Source of the DNA: a virus
Strand: one strand, 5' to 3'
IMG/VR virus record: IMGVR_UViG_3300028844_004047
Span: 16,350 to 80,349 of that record
DNA: 64,000 nucleotides
Part shown: positions 1 through 10,283 of the stretch, one piece after another
How positions within the stretch are numbered: position 1 is the stretch's first letter
Layout of the letters: each line of letters opens with the position of its first letter
The notes under the pieces: generated by a model
Databases searched by the model: none
Told to the model about the DNA's origin: nothing
Seen by the model: only the letters and a program-made list of their open reading frames with translations
Program-made: the position numbers and the translations under genes

Positions 1-92
1 ACATTAAAGTTTTGCTAGGTGATAAAGTGGATCTAGAAGTTAGCGTCTATGATATGAATAAAGGACGTATAACTTATAGGCATAAACAGTGA
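1..92 (+). CDS. infA: Translation initiation factor IF-1, C-terminal part (5' truncated by window)
   Basis: Frame from nt 3 reads IKVLLGDKVDLEVSVYDMNKGRITYRHKQ*, matching the IF-1 C-terminus (IRILxGDKVxVExxPYDLxKGRIxYR). Not in the ORF track. Confidence 0.88.
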   Translation, partial: IKVLLGDKVDLEVSVYDMNKGRITYRHKQ

Positions 93-133
93 GGATAATC
101 TTCACTATTCTAAAATAAAAAAAGGAGTCAAAT

Positions 134-367
134 ATGGACATACTTAATAAAATAAAAGGCTGGAGTTCAGCTCTAACAGAAGCAGGTATTAGTTTAATAT
201 CTTTAGCAGTTGTACTTGAAGTACTATTTAATGGACAGAATATTCCATTCTGGCCAAACATCAGTGTAATCGCAAATGTACAAAACATTATTGCTGGATT
301 TTCAGCACAAGGTCTTGTAGGTTTAGTAGCGATTTGGGTGTTATACCACATTTTTACAAGAAAATAA
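134..367 (+). CDS. Small two-TM membrane protein, unknown function
   Basis: AGGAG RBS upstream; two hydrophobic helices. Confidence 0.75.
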   Translation: MDILNKIKGWSSALTEAGISLISLAVVLEVLFNGQNIPFWPNISVIANVQNIIAGFSAQGLVGLVAIWVLYHIFTRK

Positions 368-406
368 TAACGTAATAATTTGGTACAAAAATAAGGAGAC
401 CAAAAC

Positions 407-568
407 ATGACAAATTGGATAAAAAGTAGAGTAAAAGAAAGAACATCGCATTCAGGAGCGGCTTTAATTGCTATTGGTGTAATTGTTCTAATTGCTGGAC
501 CTTTTGCTAAATTGGCGGCATATGCCGCAATCGGTTATGGAGCATGGCAAATCTATAAAAAAGGTTAG
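407..568 (+). CDS. Small membrane protein (53 aa)
   Basis: AAGGAG RBS; MTNWIKSRVKERTSHSGAALIAIGVIVLIAGPFAKLAAYAAIGYGAWQIYKKG; below the ORF-track cutoff. Confidence 0.75.
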   Translation: MTNWIKSRVKERTSHSGAALIAIGVIVLIAGPFAKLAAYAAIGYGAWQIYKKG

Positions 569-571
569 TGA

Positions 572-859
572 ATGCCCAAACTTACAGCCTTACATAAAGG
601 CAAGTCAATTCAAGTAGAATACACAGGCACAGACAATGTAATGATTGCCCTATACGATGATATCGATTGGGGAACTTGCGGAGGATCTTGTGCCTGTGGT
701 TCATGTATATGCACAGTACTTGAAGGAGAAGAATTTTTTAAAGACCCAAGTGAAGAAGAATTAGATATGCTTCACGCAGAAGGAAGACCTAACAGTCGTT
801 TAGGATGTCAACTAGATTTAGATAACGCACCCGATGGGAAAGTAAAAATTAGAATATGA
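572..859 (+). CDS. fdx: [2Fe-2S] ferredoxin (ISC/adrenodoxin type)
   Basis: CGGSCACGSC...EELDML...SRLGCQ cysteine pattern. Confidence 0.9.
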   Translation: MPKLTALHKGKSIQVEYTGTDNVMIALYDDIDWGTCGGSCACGSCICTVLEGEEFFKDPSEEELDMLHAEGRPNSRLGCQLDLDNAPDGKVKIRI

Positions 860-1278
860 AAGTAGAAATAAAAGACTTCAATCGAAGTCCAGATGCAGAA
901 GGCAGTTTTGATTTAAAAATAACTGACCCAAATGTTAATCAAGAAGATATTAAAAAAGAACTTCGCGAAGTACATGATCCAGAAATCAGCATAAATATAT
1001 TTGAACTAGGATTAATTTATCATTGTGATGTTGTAGAAGGTAATTGTACAACAGTTATGACACTTACAAGTCCTTTTTGTCCAGTAGCAGGCGAGATGCC
1101 AATATGGACAGAACAAGCATTGTTAAAAGTGCCTGGTATTAATAAAGTAGATGTACAAATGACATTTGAACCTACATTTAATCCATCACAAATGAGTGAA
1201 ATTGCACAGTTCACATTAAATTTAGGAGATGATAACCACGATGACGAGTATGTTACCAACTATCACAGATTCCGCTAG
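856..1278 (+). CDS. sufT: SufT/DUF59 (MIP18 family) Fe-S assembly protein
   Basis: LREVHDPEISINIFELGLIY and MTLTSPFCPVAGEMP motifs. Confidence 0.9.
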   Translation: MKVEIKDFNRSPDAEGSFDLKITDPNVNQEDIKKELREVHDPEISINIFELGLIYHCDVVEGNCTTVMTLTSPFCPVAGEMPIWTEQALLKVPGINKVDVQMTFEPTFNPSQMSEIAQFTLNLGDDNHDDEYVTNYHRFR

Positions 1279-1579
1279 AAATTACTTAATTAAAACGGCA
1301 GACAAACAAAATGCAACTAATGTATACTTTGGTGTACAAGGTGGCGGTTGTGCAGGTTTTAAATATAAATGGGATTCTATCGAAACGGATAAAATCAATC
1401 CTGAAGATGAAGTTATTAAATTAGATGAAGAAAAAAATCTAATTATTGATAAGTTTAGTTTATTCTATATTATGGGAACAACTATAGATTATAAAGAAAG
1501 TTTTGGAGGTTCCCAAATTGTAATTGAAAACCCCCAAGCAACTAGTTCTTGCGGTTGCGGAGAATCAGTAGCATTTTAA
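1229..1579 (+). CDS. iscA: A-type Fe-S carrier (IscA/SufA/ErpA, HesB family); true start may be 1241 or 1250
   Basis: GGGCAGFKY, GTTIDY, NPQATSSCGCGES motifs. Confidence 0.92.
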   Translation: MITTMTSMLPTITDSARNYLIKTADKQNATNVYFGVQGGGCAGFKYKWDSIETDKINPEDEVIKLDEEKNLIIDKFSLFYIMGTTIDYKESFGGSQIVIENPQATSSCGCGESVAF

Positions 1580-2665
1580 CTACTTTGGTGGATTAATACC
1601 TTTTGGTTCCATCGGTTCCACTGGTTCCACTTCTTGTTTTTCTTCCTTCTTACTTAAAGACTCCCAATCACCTAACTCAAACGTATGAGTTGACACTTCC
1701 CCGGATTCTACATTTTCAACCTTAACTGTGGCCATTTCTCCGTCTAACTTTGTTTTTAAGTATTCGAAGATATCACCATACTCTTTTACCTGGATCCCAT
1801 CAATTTCTAGAATGTAAGATTCGCTTGTCATTCCAGCAATATAGAGATTACTCTCAGGCGAGGCCTTTATTTTTACCCTCTTCATATCAACGTCGAAATC
1901 AACTTCGATGTTTAAAGCAGGTCTTCGTACTTTGCCGTACGAAAGTATTCTGTCGTAAACCCATCTCACATCATCTAAATGAATGCTCATTGCCCAGGCT
2001 TGTGTCTTTGCAGTCGGGTCACGAGATAGAATCATAAGTGTATTGATGCCTATTAAATCACCATGTTCATCGAACAATGGTCCGCCACTATTACCTGGCA
2101 TTATAAGTGCATCTGATTGTATTAGTCTTTGCCACGGTGAAGACACAAATCGTTTTGGATTGCTAACAATACCTTTACTAACACTCCAAATCATACCTTG
2201 CGGATGACCGATAACATAAATGTCTTCTCCAAAGTTAGGATCTTTGCCCCACTTAACAGGATTAAATTTATAATCCTTTGGTAGGTCAATTTTTATTACT
2301 GCAATGTCAGAAAGAATATCAAATCCAACAATAGTTGCATTATATTCTGTCATGGATTCGTCTTCATACATCCATACTGAAATTGTATTACCTTTTTCGA
2401 TAACGTGATAGTTAGTAATAATATGTCCTTCTTTTGACATAATAATACCTGACCCTAAACCAGAGCCCTGCTCCGGTGGAGGTACTGGAATCATGTTACC
2501 TGATGTTTCGTCTATAGTCGGTGTTACGTTTTTAATAGAAACAAAAACAGTTGACTTTAAATTGTTGTCAATATTTTTTAATCCACTAGTAGCAGTATCA
2601 GTAAAACTGAAATATGTGATTATGCTAACGCAGGCGACTAATAGGAATTGTTGAACTCGCATCAT
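1580..2665 (-). CDS. HtrA/DegP-like trypsin serine protease with PDZ-like C-terminus
   Basis: N-terminal signal/TM; GLGSGII, ITNYHV, SDIAVIK, IQSDALIMPGNSGGPL catalytic-triad motifs. Confidence 0.9.
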   Translation of the reverse strand: MMRVQQFLLVACVSIITYFSFTDTATSGLKNIDNNLKSTVFVSIKNVTPTIDETSGNMIPVPPPEQGSGLGSGIIMSKEGHIITNYHVIEKGNTISVWMYEDESMTEYNATIVGFDILSDIAVIKIDLPKDYKFNPVKWGKDPNFGEDIYVIGHPQGMIWSVSKGIVSNPKRFVSSPWQRLIQSDALIMPGNSGGPLFDEHGDLIGINTLMILSRDPTAKTQAWAMSIHLDDVRWVYDRILSYGKVRRPALNIEVDFDVDMKRVKIKASPESNLYIAGMTSESYILEIDGIQVKEYGDIFEYLKTKLDGEMATVKVENVESGEVSTHTFELGDWESLSKKEEKQEVEPVEPMEPKGINPPK

Positions 2666-2903
2666 ATTTTAATGTCCTTTTTCGTAATGCACTATCTTTT
2701 TGTGCAAGTTTATAAACGTCACCACAACAACCGCAGTAGTGATTAACCCATTTATTCAGTCGAGATGTGCTGATGTCCTTTGAACTTCTAAGGAATAAAC
2801 TTGAACAATTATCACACAATAATGCGTAAACTTGCAAACTTCTTTTAGTTGCAAAGCCCTTACGTCGATGCCATTGCTTAATAAATGTATATCCTAAATA
2901 CAT
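2625..2903 (-). CDS. Hypothetical basic Cys-containing (Zn-ribbon-like) protein
   Basis: CDNC...HYCGCC; reverse-strand late promoter GATAAATAC at about 2908-2916 just upstream. Confidence 0.6.
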   Translation of the reverse strand: MYLGYTFIKQWHRRKGFATKRSLQVYALLCDNCSSLFLRSSKDISTSRLNKWVNHYCGCCGDVYKLAQKDSALRKRTLKYDASSTIPISRLR

Positions 2904-2945
2904 ACTAGTATTTATCTTTTTAGCGTTCGGCTATCGTAATTCGTT

Positions 2946-2953
2946 GATAAATA
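2946..2953 (+). promoter_or_regulatory. T4-like late promoter (GATAAATA)
   Basis: Upstream of a structural gene; same (A)TAAATA core precedes many late-type genes (5638, 8050, 10761, 13710, 14645, 25010, 28842, 33545, 34646, 37586, 39243, 39553, 44959, 45816). Confidence 0.7.
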
Positions 2954-2990
2954 ATAGTACGAAATTATTTAATCTGCAGGAGTTATAACA

Positions 2991-3683
2991 ATGGCGAAAC
3001 AAGCAATCAACATTGGAAGTAGTGCAAATGATGGCGCAGGTGATCCTTTAAGAACCGCCTTTACTAAAATTAACGAAAACTTCACTGAAGTCTACACAGA
3101 ATTAGGTGGATCAAGTTTAAGTAATATTAGTATTACAGGCAACACTATTGGAACAGATGATACCAACGGAAATATTACATTAAGTCCGAATGGTACAGGT
3201 GCTATTGTTGTAGATACTTCTAAAAATTTACAATTTACTACACACACTGATAATGCAGTCTTAAAATTTGATGCAAGTGGTAATGTAGTAATAAGTTCAG
3301 TAGTTGATGATGGAACAACAGTTACAATGGGTGACATTGCAATAAATGGAACAACATCTACACTAACAACAACTACAAATGATATTAACCTAGTACCAGG
3401 TGGTGGCGAAGTTAATGTTAGTGGTCACGTTTTAAGTGATACAACAAACACAAAAGATTTAGGCTCTGCGGCAAACGTATGGCGTGGGATCTTTGGAACA
3501 AAATTAACCGCAACAGGTGATAGAATCAATATTACTACAACACATACACCAGCAAGTGCTCAAGGCGCCGCAGGTGATTTAGCAGGTGATGTAGCCATAG
3601 ACGCAAGTTATATCTATTACTGTACTGCGGCACATGATGGCGCAACTGCTATCTGGAAAAAAGTCGCACTAGTGGCATTCTAA
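2991..3683 (+). CDS. Baseplate/tail-fibre virion protein
   Basis: MAKQAINIGSSANDGAGDPLRTAFTKINENFTEVY is the T4 gp9/gp10-type N-terminal motif; G/T/N-rich; C-terminal GDxAG..DASY.Y...DG.TAIW module shared with 8099..8830. Confidence 0.85.
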   Translation: MAKQAINIGSSANDGAGDPLRTAFTKINENFTEVYTELGGSSLSNISITGNTIGTDDTNGNITLSPNGTGAIVVDTSKNLQFTTHTDNAVLKFDASGNVVISSVVDDGTTVTMGDIAINGTTSTLTTTTNDINLVPGGGEVNVSGHVLSDTTNTKDLGSAANVWRGIFGTKLTATGDRINITTTHTPASAQGAAGDLAGDVAIDASYIYYCTAAHDGATAIWKKVALVAF

Positions 3684-3698
3684 GGATAGGAGAACACA

Positions 3699-5619
3699 AT
3701 GGCTGGAACTAAAAGAGTAATTAATATAGGAACAAATGCAGACGACGGTACAGGTGACTTACTTCGTGCGGCGTTTGAAAAAGTAAATCAAAACTTTGAT
3801 GATGTATGGACATATGGTGCAGTTAATAGTAATTTAAATATTACTGCTGATACCATTGCTGGTACAACTGATGTTATCGTGGATCCTGCAGATTCAGGTG
3901 CTTTTAAAGTAGCCGGTGATACCATCATTAATCCAAACAATGGTAATTATAACTTTACTGTTAATACAGATTTAGCCAATGACGTTTTATATGTTAAAGG
4001 TAGTTCGGGTTTTGTTGGTATTAAGAATAATGCTCCAACAGTACCACTTGATGTAACAGGTGATGCTAAAGTTTCAGGTACTGCAACATTAACGACTTTA
4101 AGTGTAACTGGAAATACAACACTAGGTGACAGTAATACAGATACAGTTAATTATGTTGCAAAATCTAGTTCAGACTTCTTACCAGTTAGTACTACACAAA
4201 ATTTAGGTGGTGCTAGTAATCGTTGGGGAAATGTTTATTCAACTAACCTTGATGTAAGTGGAAGTATTAGTGGTACATTTACTGGTAATATGACAAGCAC
4301 ACTAACAGGTGATGTTAATAACACTAACGTAACAAGTGTTAACTTAAACGTAACAGGCCCTAGTAACGTTCAAAACTTAACTGTAACGGGTGATTTAGTT
4401 GTACAGGGTACAACTACTACTCTTGAAACAAACGACGTTTTAGTTAATAATCAAATTACATTTGAAGGTACAACTGCTGACGCACACGAAACAATTTTAA
4501 CAGTTACAGAACCTACACAAGATAACACAATTACTTTTAAAAACGCAACTGGTACAGTAGCATTTAGCATTTTTAACTGATGTTCCAAGTGGTATAAACG
4601 ATTTAAGTGATGTTGATACTTCAACAACTCCTCCAACTAATGGACAAGCATTAGTTTGGAACAATGCTAATTTAGAATGGGAACCAGGCACAGTTGGTGG
4701 TGCTTCAGAAATAAATGATTTAACTGCGGCAGTAACATGGGCAAATATTCCAGATGCAAATGTTCCAGCAAGTGCAGTAACACAACACCAAGCGGCATTG
4801 AGTGTAACAGAATCACAAATTAGTGATTTAGGAACTTACTTAACAAGTGTTCCAGCACAGACGTTTGCTAGTTTAACAGGTAAACCAACTACGATAGCAG
4901 GTTATGGAATTACAGATGCATTTGATGGTGCATACGGATCGTTGACAGGAACTCCAACAATGTATGCTAACTCCGACGTTGATGCCCACTTAAACCAATC
5001 AAATCCAACTAGTGGATACGTTCTTTCTTGGAATGGTTCTGATTATGCTTGGGTGGCAAACAGTAGCGGCGGTGCAACAAGTATCAATACTGCTGGTAAC
5101 ACAGGAACAGGTAGCGTAACTTTTGCAAGTGAAACATTAACTGCAACAGGAACAACAAACCAAATTAATGTTAATGCGGCAGGTTTTGCTTTAAGTTTCA
5201 GTTTAGATGCAGATTTAACTGGGTTAACAACAATTAACACACATACTATTCCAAGTGGTACAGGAACACTAGCATTAACAGGTGATCATCCGCAACATAC
5301 TTTTGTTATTGCCGCTAGTGGATCAACGGATTATACATTTAGTGATGGTGATAATCATTGGTTCCCAACTACAGAGAATGATCCTGTATTATACTTACGC
5401 AGAGGCGAAACTTATATCTTTAATGTAAATGCATTAAGTGGTTCACACCCATTTGAGATTAGGGTAAGTAATGGCGGTAGTGCATACAGTACTGGTGTAA
5501 CGAACAATGGTGCAACAAGTGGAAACGTTACTTTTAAAGTACCTATGTCAGCACCTGCAACATTATACTACCAATGTACTTCACACGCAGGAATGGGCAA
5601 TACGATTAATATAGTATAA
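3699..5619 (+). pseudogene. Tail-fibre protein (about 637 aa) frameshifted by a 7-bp duplication; appears as ORFs 3699..4580 and 4798..5619
   Basis: INIGTNADDGTGDLLRAAFEKVNQNF N-terminus; TAGCATT duplicated at 4558-4564/4565-4571; removing one copy gives ...GTVAFLTDVPSGINDLSDVD... open through to 5619 (C-terminus PATLYYQCTSHAGMGNTINIV). Confidence 0.8.
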
Positions 5620-5637
5620 ATTAGTAGTTGATATTAT

Positions 5638-5645
5638 TATAAATA
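5638..5645 (+). promoter_or_regulatory. T4 consensus late promoter TATAAATA
   Basis: Exact match 22 nt upstream of the ATG at 5668. Confidence 0.75.
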
Positions 5646-5667
5646 CTACTAATAAGAAGGAAATATA

Positions 5668-8043
5668 ATGGCATCACCTGTTTGGTACACTACTGCGAGT
5701 AATCTAGGCGTAATACAAGAAGGTCAATTTTACCAATTTGGCTTAGACGCAAGAGATCCGGCTGGCGGAACAATTGAATATTCAATTGTATCTGGTAAAC
5801 TTCCTGACGGTATCGAACTAGCGAACAATGGGCTATTATTTGGTAACCCAAGAAAAGTAGTACAAGGTGTACCTGTTGAAGTAAACAGAGATGTTACTAG
5901 CAAGTTTTCTATTAGAGCAAAAGATTCCACTGGTATTGTTAATGATAAAACATTTCAGTTAATAGTAACAGGGCAAGATATTCCTACATGGGAAAGCACA
6001 CAGTTTTTAGGAAACTATATCGATTTCCAATATATTAATAAACAAATTTTAGTAAATGATTCGGATACCGAGGATACATTAACATACGAATTGTTAAGTG
6101 GATCATTACCAACCGGAACAGAATTAACAAATGACGGTTATATAAGAGGATTCATACAGCCACAACTAGTTCAAGGTAGTAGCAATGTAGGAAGTTTTGA
6201 CACTTCAGCATTTGATACTGAATTATTTGATTTTGGACAAGGTGTTGGTAGTTATAGTAAAATGCACCACTTTGTTGTTAGAGCAAGTGATGGAAAAGCA
6301 TTCATTGTTAAAGAATTTAGTATATATGTATTTGGTGCTTTTGATTTAAAAGCAGATAATGACACAATTACTGCTGATAAAGATGATTTATTAATTCAAG
6401 CAGACACAAGTAGTCAATACGGTCCAATTATTAGACACGCAGATAGTAATATTGGAACATTCTTACATGACAATATGTTTAGTTTTAAAGTAGATGCTAT
6501 TGATTATAGTGGTGCTGGTATTACTTACAGTATATACGCCGGAGATGCCGCATGGGATCAAGCAGGTTATGATACAGAATTGTTTGATGCTATCGAAGGA
6601 GAAATGCCTGAAGGTTTAACTATTGATCCTAGTACAGGTTGGATACATGGTAAACTTCCTTTCTTAAATCAAGTTATTAAAGAATATTCATTTATTGTAA
6701 AAGCGGCAAGAACAAGTGATCCTGACAACTTTTACGATACACACCAGTTTACAATGAAGTTAATAACTAATAAAGATTTAGATATTACTTGGAACACTCC
6801 TAAAGATTTAGGAATATTACAAACAGGTGCGGCAAGTACTTTATTTGTTAATGCAACAAGTAAAAATAATACTGCTCTTGTATATGAATTACAACCTAAC
6901 AGTAAATTGCCACAAGGATTAAAATTAAATTCAACAGGCGAACTTGAAGGTAGAGCAAGTTTTAAAACATTCCAGTTAGATTCTGGTACAACAAAATTAG
7001 ATGTTGTTCAAAATTCGGCAACAACCACAGTTGACGGAACTTATACATTCTCAATTAAAGCAAGAGACAACACAGGAACATTATTTAACACAAGAACATT
7101 CAGTGTTGTTGTTAAAAACGAGTATAGTGCACCTTACGAAGATTTATATATTGATTTATTACCAAGTCAAGTAGATAGAAATATTTGGAAAGATGTAATA
7201 TACAATAGACAAGATATTCCAGACGAAGATTTATACAGAGCAACAGATATTTACTTTGGTAGACAAGAACATCCTAGAATGTTATTCTTACCAGGATTAC
7301 CTGCAAACACATTGTCTAAATATTTTGAATCAGTTTACAAAAACCACCATGATATAAATTTAAGATTTGGTGATTTTAAATATGCAAAAGCAACTGACAA
7401 CAATAACAATCATATATATGATGTTGTGTATGTTGATATATTAGATAAGTTTGATCCTCCAGCAGGAACAGTATTAAATACTGCTAACTTAGAAATTAAA
7501 TATTCATCTATTAATAATCCAATTACAGTAGATGAATCAGCACATATCGAAAATACTAATTTAAGAGCAAGTGCAAATAATAATAAAGTTTTATATCCAG
7601 CAAGTTTAAGTCGTATGAAAAAACGTGTTGAAGATAAATTAGGTATCCAGGATAGTAGAACACTTCCACGTTGGATGACCAGTGTACAAGATGACGGTAC
7701 TGTATTAGGATTTACAAGTGCTTGTGTGATTGCATACTTAAAACCAGGAGCGGGTAAACGTATTCTTTATTATCTAGATATTAATAAAAATATTAATTTA
7801 AACAAAATTAACTTTACTGTAGATAGATATGTATTAGATGCATACTTCAGTAAAAATTATGATAAAGATAGTACACCAAAAGCATGGTTAGTAGGAGCAG
7901 AAACAACATTTGATTCAACAAACACTAGTTTAGATGGTAAGAATACAAGATTTTTCCCTAATATCGATACTAAACGTACAGATATTACAGATGGTAATAA
8001 TTATATCAAATTCCCAAGGAATGAGATAATTGACTTACCGTAA
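5668..8043 (+). CDS. Large virion/baseplate protein with putative Ig-like repeats
   Basis: Repeated Y..xSG.LP.G..L...G.I.G modules; late promoter; structural context. Confidence 0.8.
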   Translation: MASPVWYTTASNLGVIQEGQFYQFGLDARDPAGGTIEYSIVSGKLPDGIELANNGLLFGNPRKVVQGVPVEVNRDVTSKFSIRAKDSTGIVNDKTFQLIVTGQDIPTWESTQFLGNYIDFQYINKQILVNDSDTEDTLTYELLSGSLPTGTELTNDGYIRGFIQPQLVQGSSNVGSFDTSAFDTELFDFGQGVGSYSKMHHFVVRASDGKAFIVKEFSIYVFGAFDLKADNDTITADKDDLLIQADTSSQYGPIIRHADSNIGTFLHDNMFSFKVDAIDYSGAGITYSIYAGDAAWDQAGYDTELFDAIEGEMPEGLTIDPSTGWIHGKLPFLNQVIKEYSFIVKAARTSDPDNFYDTHQFTMKLITNKDLDITWNTPKDLGILQTGAASTLFVNATSKNNTALVYELQPNSKLPQGLKLNSTGELEGRASFKTFQLDSGTTKLDVVQNSATTTVDGTYTFSIKARDNTGTLFNTRTFSVVVKNEYSAPYEDLYIDLLPSQVDRNIWKDVIYNRQDIPDEDLYRATDIYFGRQEHPRMLFLPGLPANTLSKYFESVYKNHHDINLRFGDFKYAKATDNNNNHIYDVVYVDILDKFDPPAGTVLNTANLEIKYSSINNPITVDESAHIENTNLRASANNNKVLYPASLSRMKKRVEDKLGIQDSRTLPRWMTSVQDDGTVLGFTSACVIAYLKPGAGKRILYYLDINKNINLNKINFTVDRYVLDAYFSKNYDKDSTPKAWLVGAETTFDSTNTSLDGKNTRFFPNIDTKRTDITDGNNYIKFPRNEIIDLP

Positions 8044-8098
8044 ATAAATGATAAATAAATATATTACAATATAAAGTAATACTTGGAGTTAAAGAAAT

Positions 8099-8830
8099 AT
8101 GGCTAGTTCAATTAATACAACTAATATAGACGGTACTTTTCCAGTCGCAGGACAAGATAATAGTTCACAGGGTTTTAGAGATAACTTTACTAACCTAAAG
8201 ACAAACCTTGGATATGCTAAAACTGAGATTGAAGATTTACAAACTAAAGTAGTTTTAAAATCCGCATTAACAGGTACTTCACTTGATAATGATATGGGTG
8301 GAAACACTATCTATAACGTTGAATTAAACAGAGCAGTAACTACTAAAAACTCAATTGGTACTGTAACAGGAACTTTTACTGTTAACTATCAATCAGGTGG
8401 TTACCAAACACTTACAACTAGCGGTGCAGTAACATTAGGCTTTAGTAATTGGCCCGCAACAGGCAAATATGCTGAAGTAGACGTTATGATTAACGTTGCA
8501 GATGTTACACATACTTTAACACTACCAGCGGCTGTATCACATGGCACAGATGGTATCCAAGGATATAGCTCAAATGTTATTACTTTTAGTGCAACAGGAA
8601 ACTACTTGTTGCGTTTCTCTTCAGACGACAATGGTTCTACAATAACAGTTCAACTGTTAAGTGGACCACAGGTTGCAAAAGGTTTAGTATACAGAACAAT
8701 TAGCACAAACACAGGTCAAGCAGGTGATACTGCTGGAATGGTGGCATATGATGCCAGTTACTTGTATGTTGCTATTGCTGACTACGATGGCTCAACTGCA
8801 ATTTGGACAAGAACCGCCCTTTCTTGGTAA
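8099..8830 (+). CDS. Virion structural/tail protein
   Basis: FPVAGQDNSSQGFRDNF N-terminus; C-terminal module shared with 2991..3683; late promoter at 8050. Confidence 0.75.
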   Translation: MASSINTTNIDGTFPVAGQDNSSQGFRDNFTNLKTNLGYAKTEIEDLQTKVVLKSALTGTSLDNDMGGNTIYNVELNRAVTTKNSIGTVTGTFTVNYQSGGYQTLTTSGAVTLGFSNWPATGKYAEVDVMINVADVTHTLTLPAAVSHGTDGIQGYSSNVITFSATGNYLLRFSSDDNGSTITVQLLSGPQVAKGLVYRTISTNTGQAGDTAGMVAYDASYLYVAIADYDGSTAIWTRTALSW

Positions 8831-8849
8831 TATTTTTTACCAATAATAC

Positions 8850-8878
8850 TTGACTTTAACCTTCAATTATATTATAAT
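8850..8878 (+). promoter_or_regulatory. sigma70-type early promoter
   Basis: TTGACT-17nt-TATAAT upstream of prs. Confidence 0.75.
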
Positions 8879-8906
8879 CAGGATATAATATACTTACGGA
8901 GTTTCA

Positions 8907-9872
8907 ATGAAAATCATCGCAGGAAATAGCAACCTAGAACTTGCTAATGCAGTTTCCGAACATTGTTTTACAAATATTGTACCTTCTAATATCTCAACTT
9001 TTGCAGATGGTGAAAGTAGTGTAGAATTTTTAGAAAATGTTCGGGGCGAAGACGTCTTTATTATACAATCAACAAGTACACCAGTTAATGATAACTTAAT
9101 GGAATTAATGGTAATGATTGATGCCGCTAAACGTAGCAGTGCCAAACGTATTACCGCAGTTATTCCTTATTTTGGATATGCACGACAAGATAGAAAAAGT
9201 GCAAGTCGTACACCAATCACTGCCAAACTAGTAGCAAACTTAATTACCAAAGCAGGTGCAGATAGAATCCTTACAATGGATTTACACGCAGGACAGATAC
9301 AGGGCTTCTTTGATATTCCTGTTGATGACTTAACAAGCAGAATTGTATTTGCTAAAGATATTAAACGTAGACTTAATATGTATGGTAACAATCATATAGA
9401 TACAGTGTTTGTAAGTCCGGACGCAGGTGGAACTGTAAGAGCAAGAAAATTTGCAGAAATGTTTAATGGTGATATTGCCATTGTCGACAAACGTAGACCC
9501 AGAGCAGGCGAAAGCGAAGTAATGGGAATTATTGGAGACGTAGAAGGAAAACACGCAATACTAGTAGACGATATTATTGACAGCGGAGGTACATTATGTA
9601 ATGCCGCAAAAGTTATTATGGAACAAGGAGCATTATCTGTAAGGGCATATATTACACACGGTGTTTTAACAAATAGTGCTTGTCAAAAAGTTGAAGACAG
9701 TTGTCTTGAACATTTAATTATTACAGATTCTATTCAAAATCGTTGTCCAGATAACTGTAAGAAAACAATTCAAATATCAACTGGTGCTCTTTTTGGAGAA
9801 GCAATCAGAAGAATAACAAATGAGGAAAGTGTTTCTTCATTATTCAATACCTCATTAATGAAAACGGAGTAA
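8907..9872 (+). CDS. prs: Ribose-phosphate pyrophosphokinase (PRPP synthetase)
   Basis: FADGE, PYFGYARQDRK, MDLHAGQIQGFF, VSPDAGG, ILVDDIIDSGGTL motifs. Confidence 0.97.
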   Translation: MKIIAGNSNLELANAVSEHCFTNIVPSNISTFADGESSVEFLENVRGEDVFIIQSTSTPVNDNLMELMVMIDAAKRSSAKRITAVIPYFGYARQDRKSASRTPITAKLVANLITKAGADRILTMDLHAGQIQGFFDIPVDDLTSRIVFAKDIKRRLNMYGNNHIDTVFVSPDAGGTVRARKFAEMFNGDIAIVDKRRPRAGESEVMGIIGDVEGKHAILVDDIIDSGGTLCNAAKVIMEQGALSVRAYITHGVLTNSACQKVEDSCLEHLIITDSIQNRCPDNCKKTIQISTGALFGEAIRRITNEESVSSLFNTSLMKTE

Positions 9873-9875
9873 TAA

Positions 9876-10283
9876 ATGCAAGTCGATTTGAACAAGTACA
9901 AAGAATTTGTTGAAGAAGTAACAAGTTTAGAATCAAACAAAACTATGGTGTTAAAACATACCATGGAAGAATTGGAAAAAGAAAGTGGTGTTAACATTGC
10001 ACTACTATTAACAGGTGCAATCGGTATTGCAAGTGAAGGAGGCGAATTTGCTGAAATTGTTAAAAAATGTATATTTCAAGGTAAACCACTTGATAATGAA
10101 ACTATCTTTCATGCTAAACGAGAACTTGGCGATATTATGTGGTATTGGATTAATAGTTGCAGGGCACTTGGTTTGGACCCAAATGAAGTAGTAGCAGAAA
10201 ATGTGAATAAACTTAAAGCACGTTATCCAGGTGGAGAGTTTGATGTACACTATTCAGAGAATCGTAAAGAAGGCGACCTTTGA
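9876..10283 (+). CDS. mazG: MazG-like NTP pyrophosphohydrolase
   Basis: GIASEGGEFAEIVKK...RELGDIMWY...NVNKLKARYP. Confidence 0.88.
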   Translation: MQVDLNKYKEFVEEVTSLESNKTMVLKHTMEELEKESGVNIALLLTGAIGIASEGGEFAEIVKKCIFQGKPLDNETIFHAKRELGDIMWYWINSCRALGLDPNEVVAENVNKLKARYPGGEFDVHYSENRKEGDL

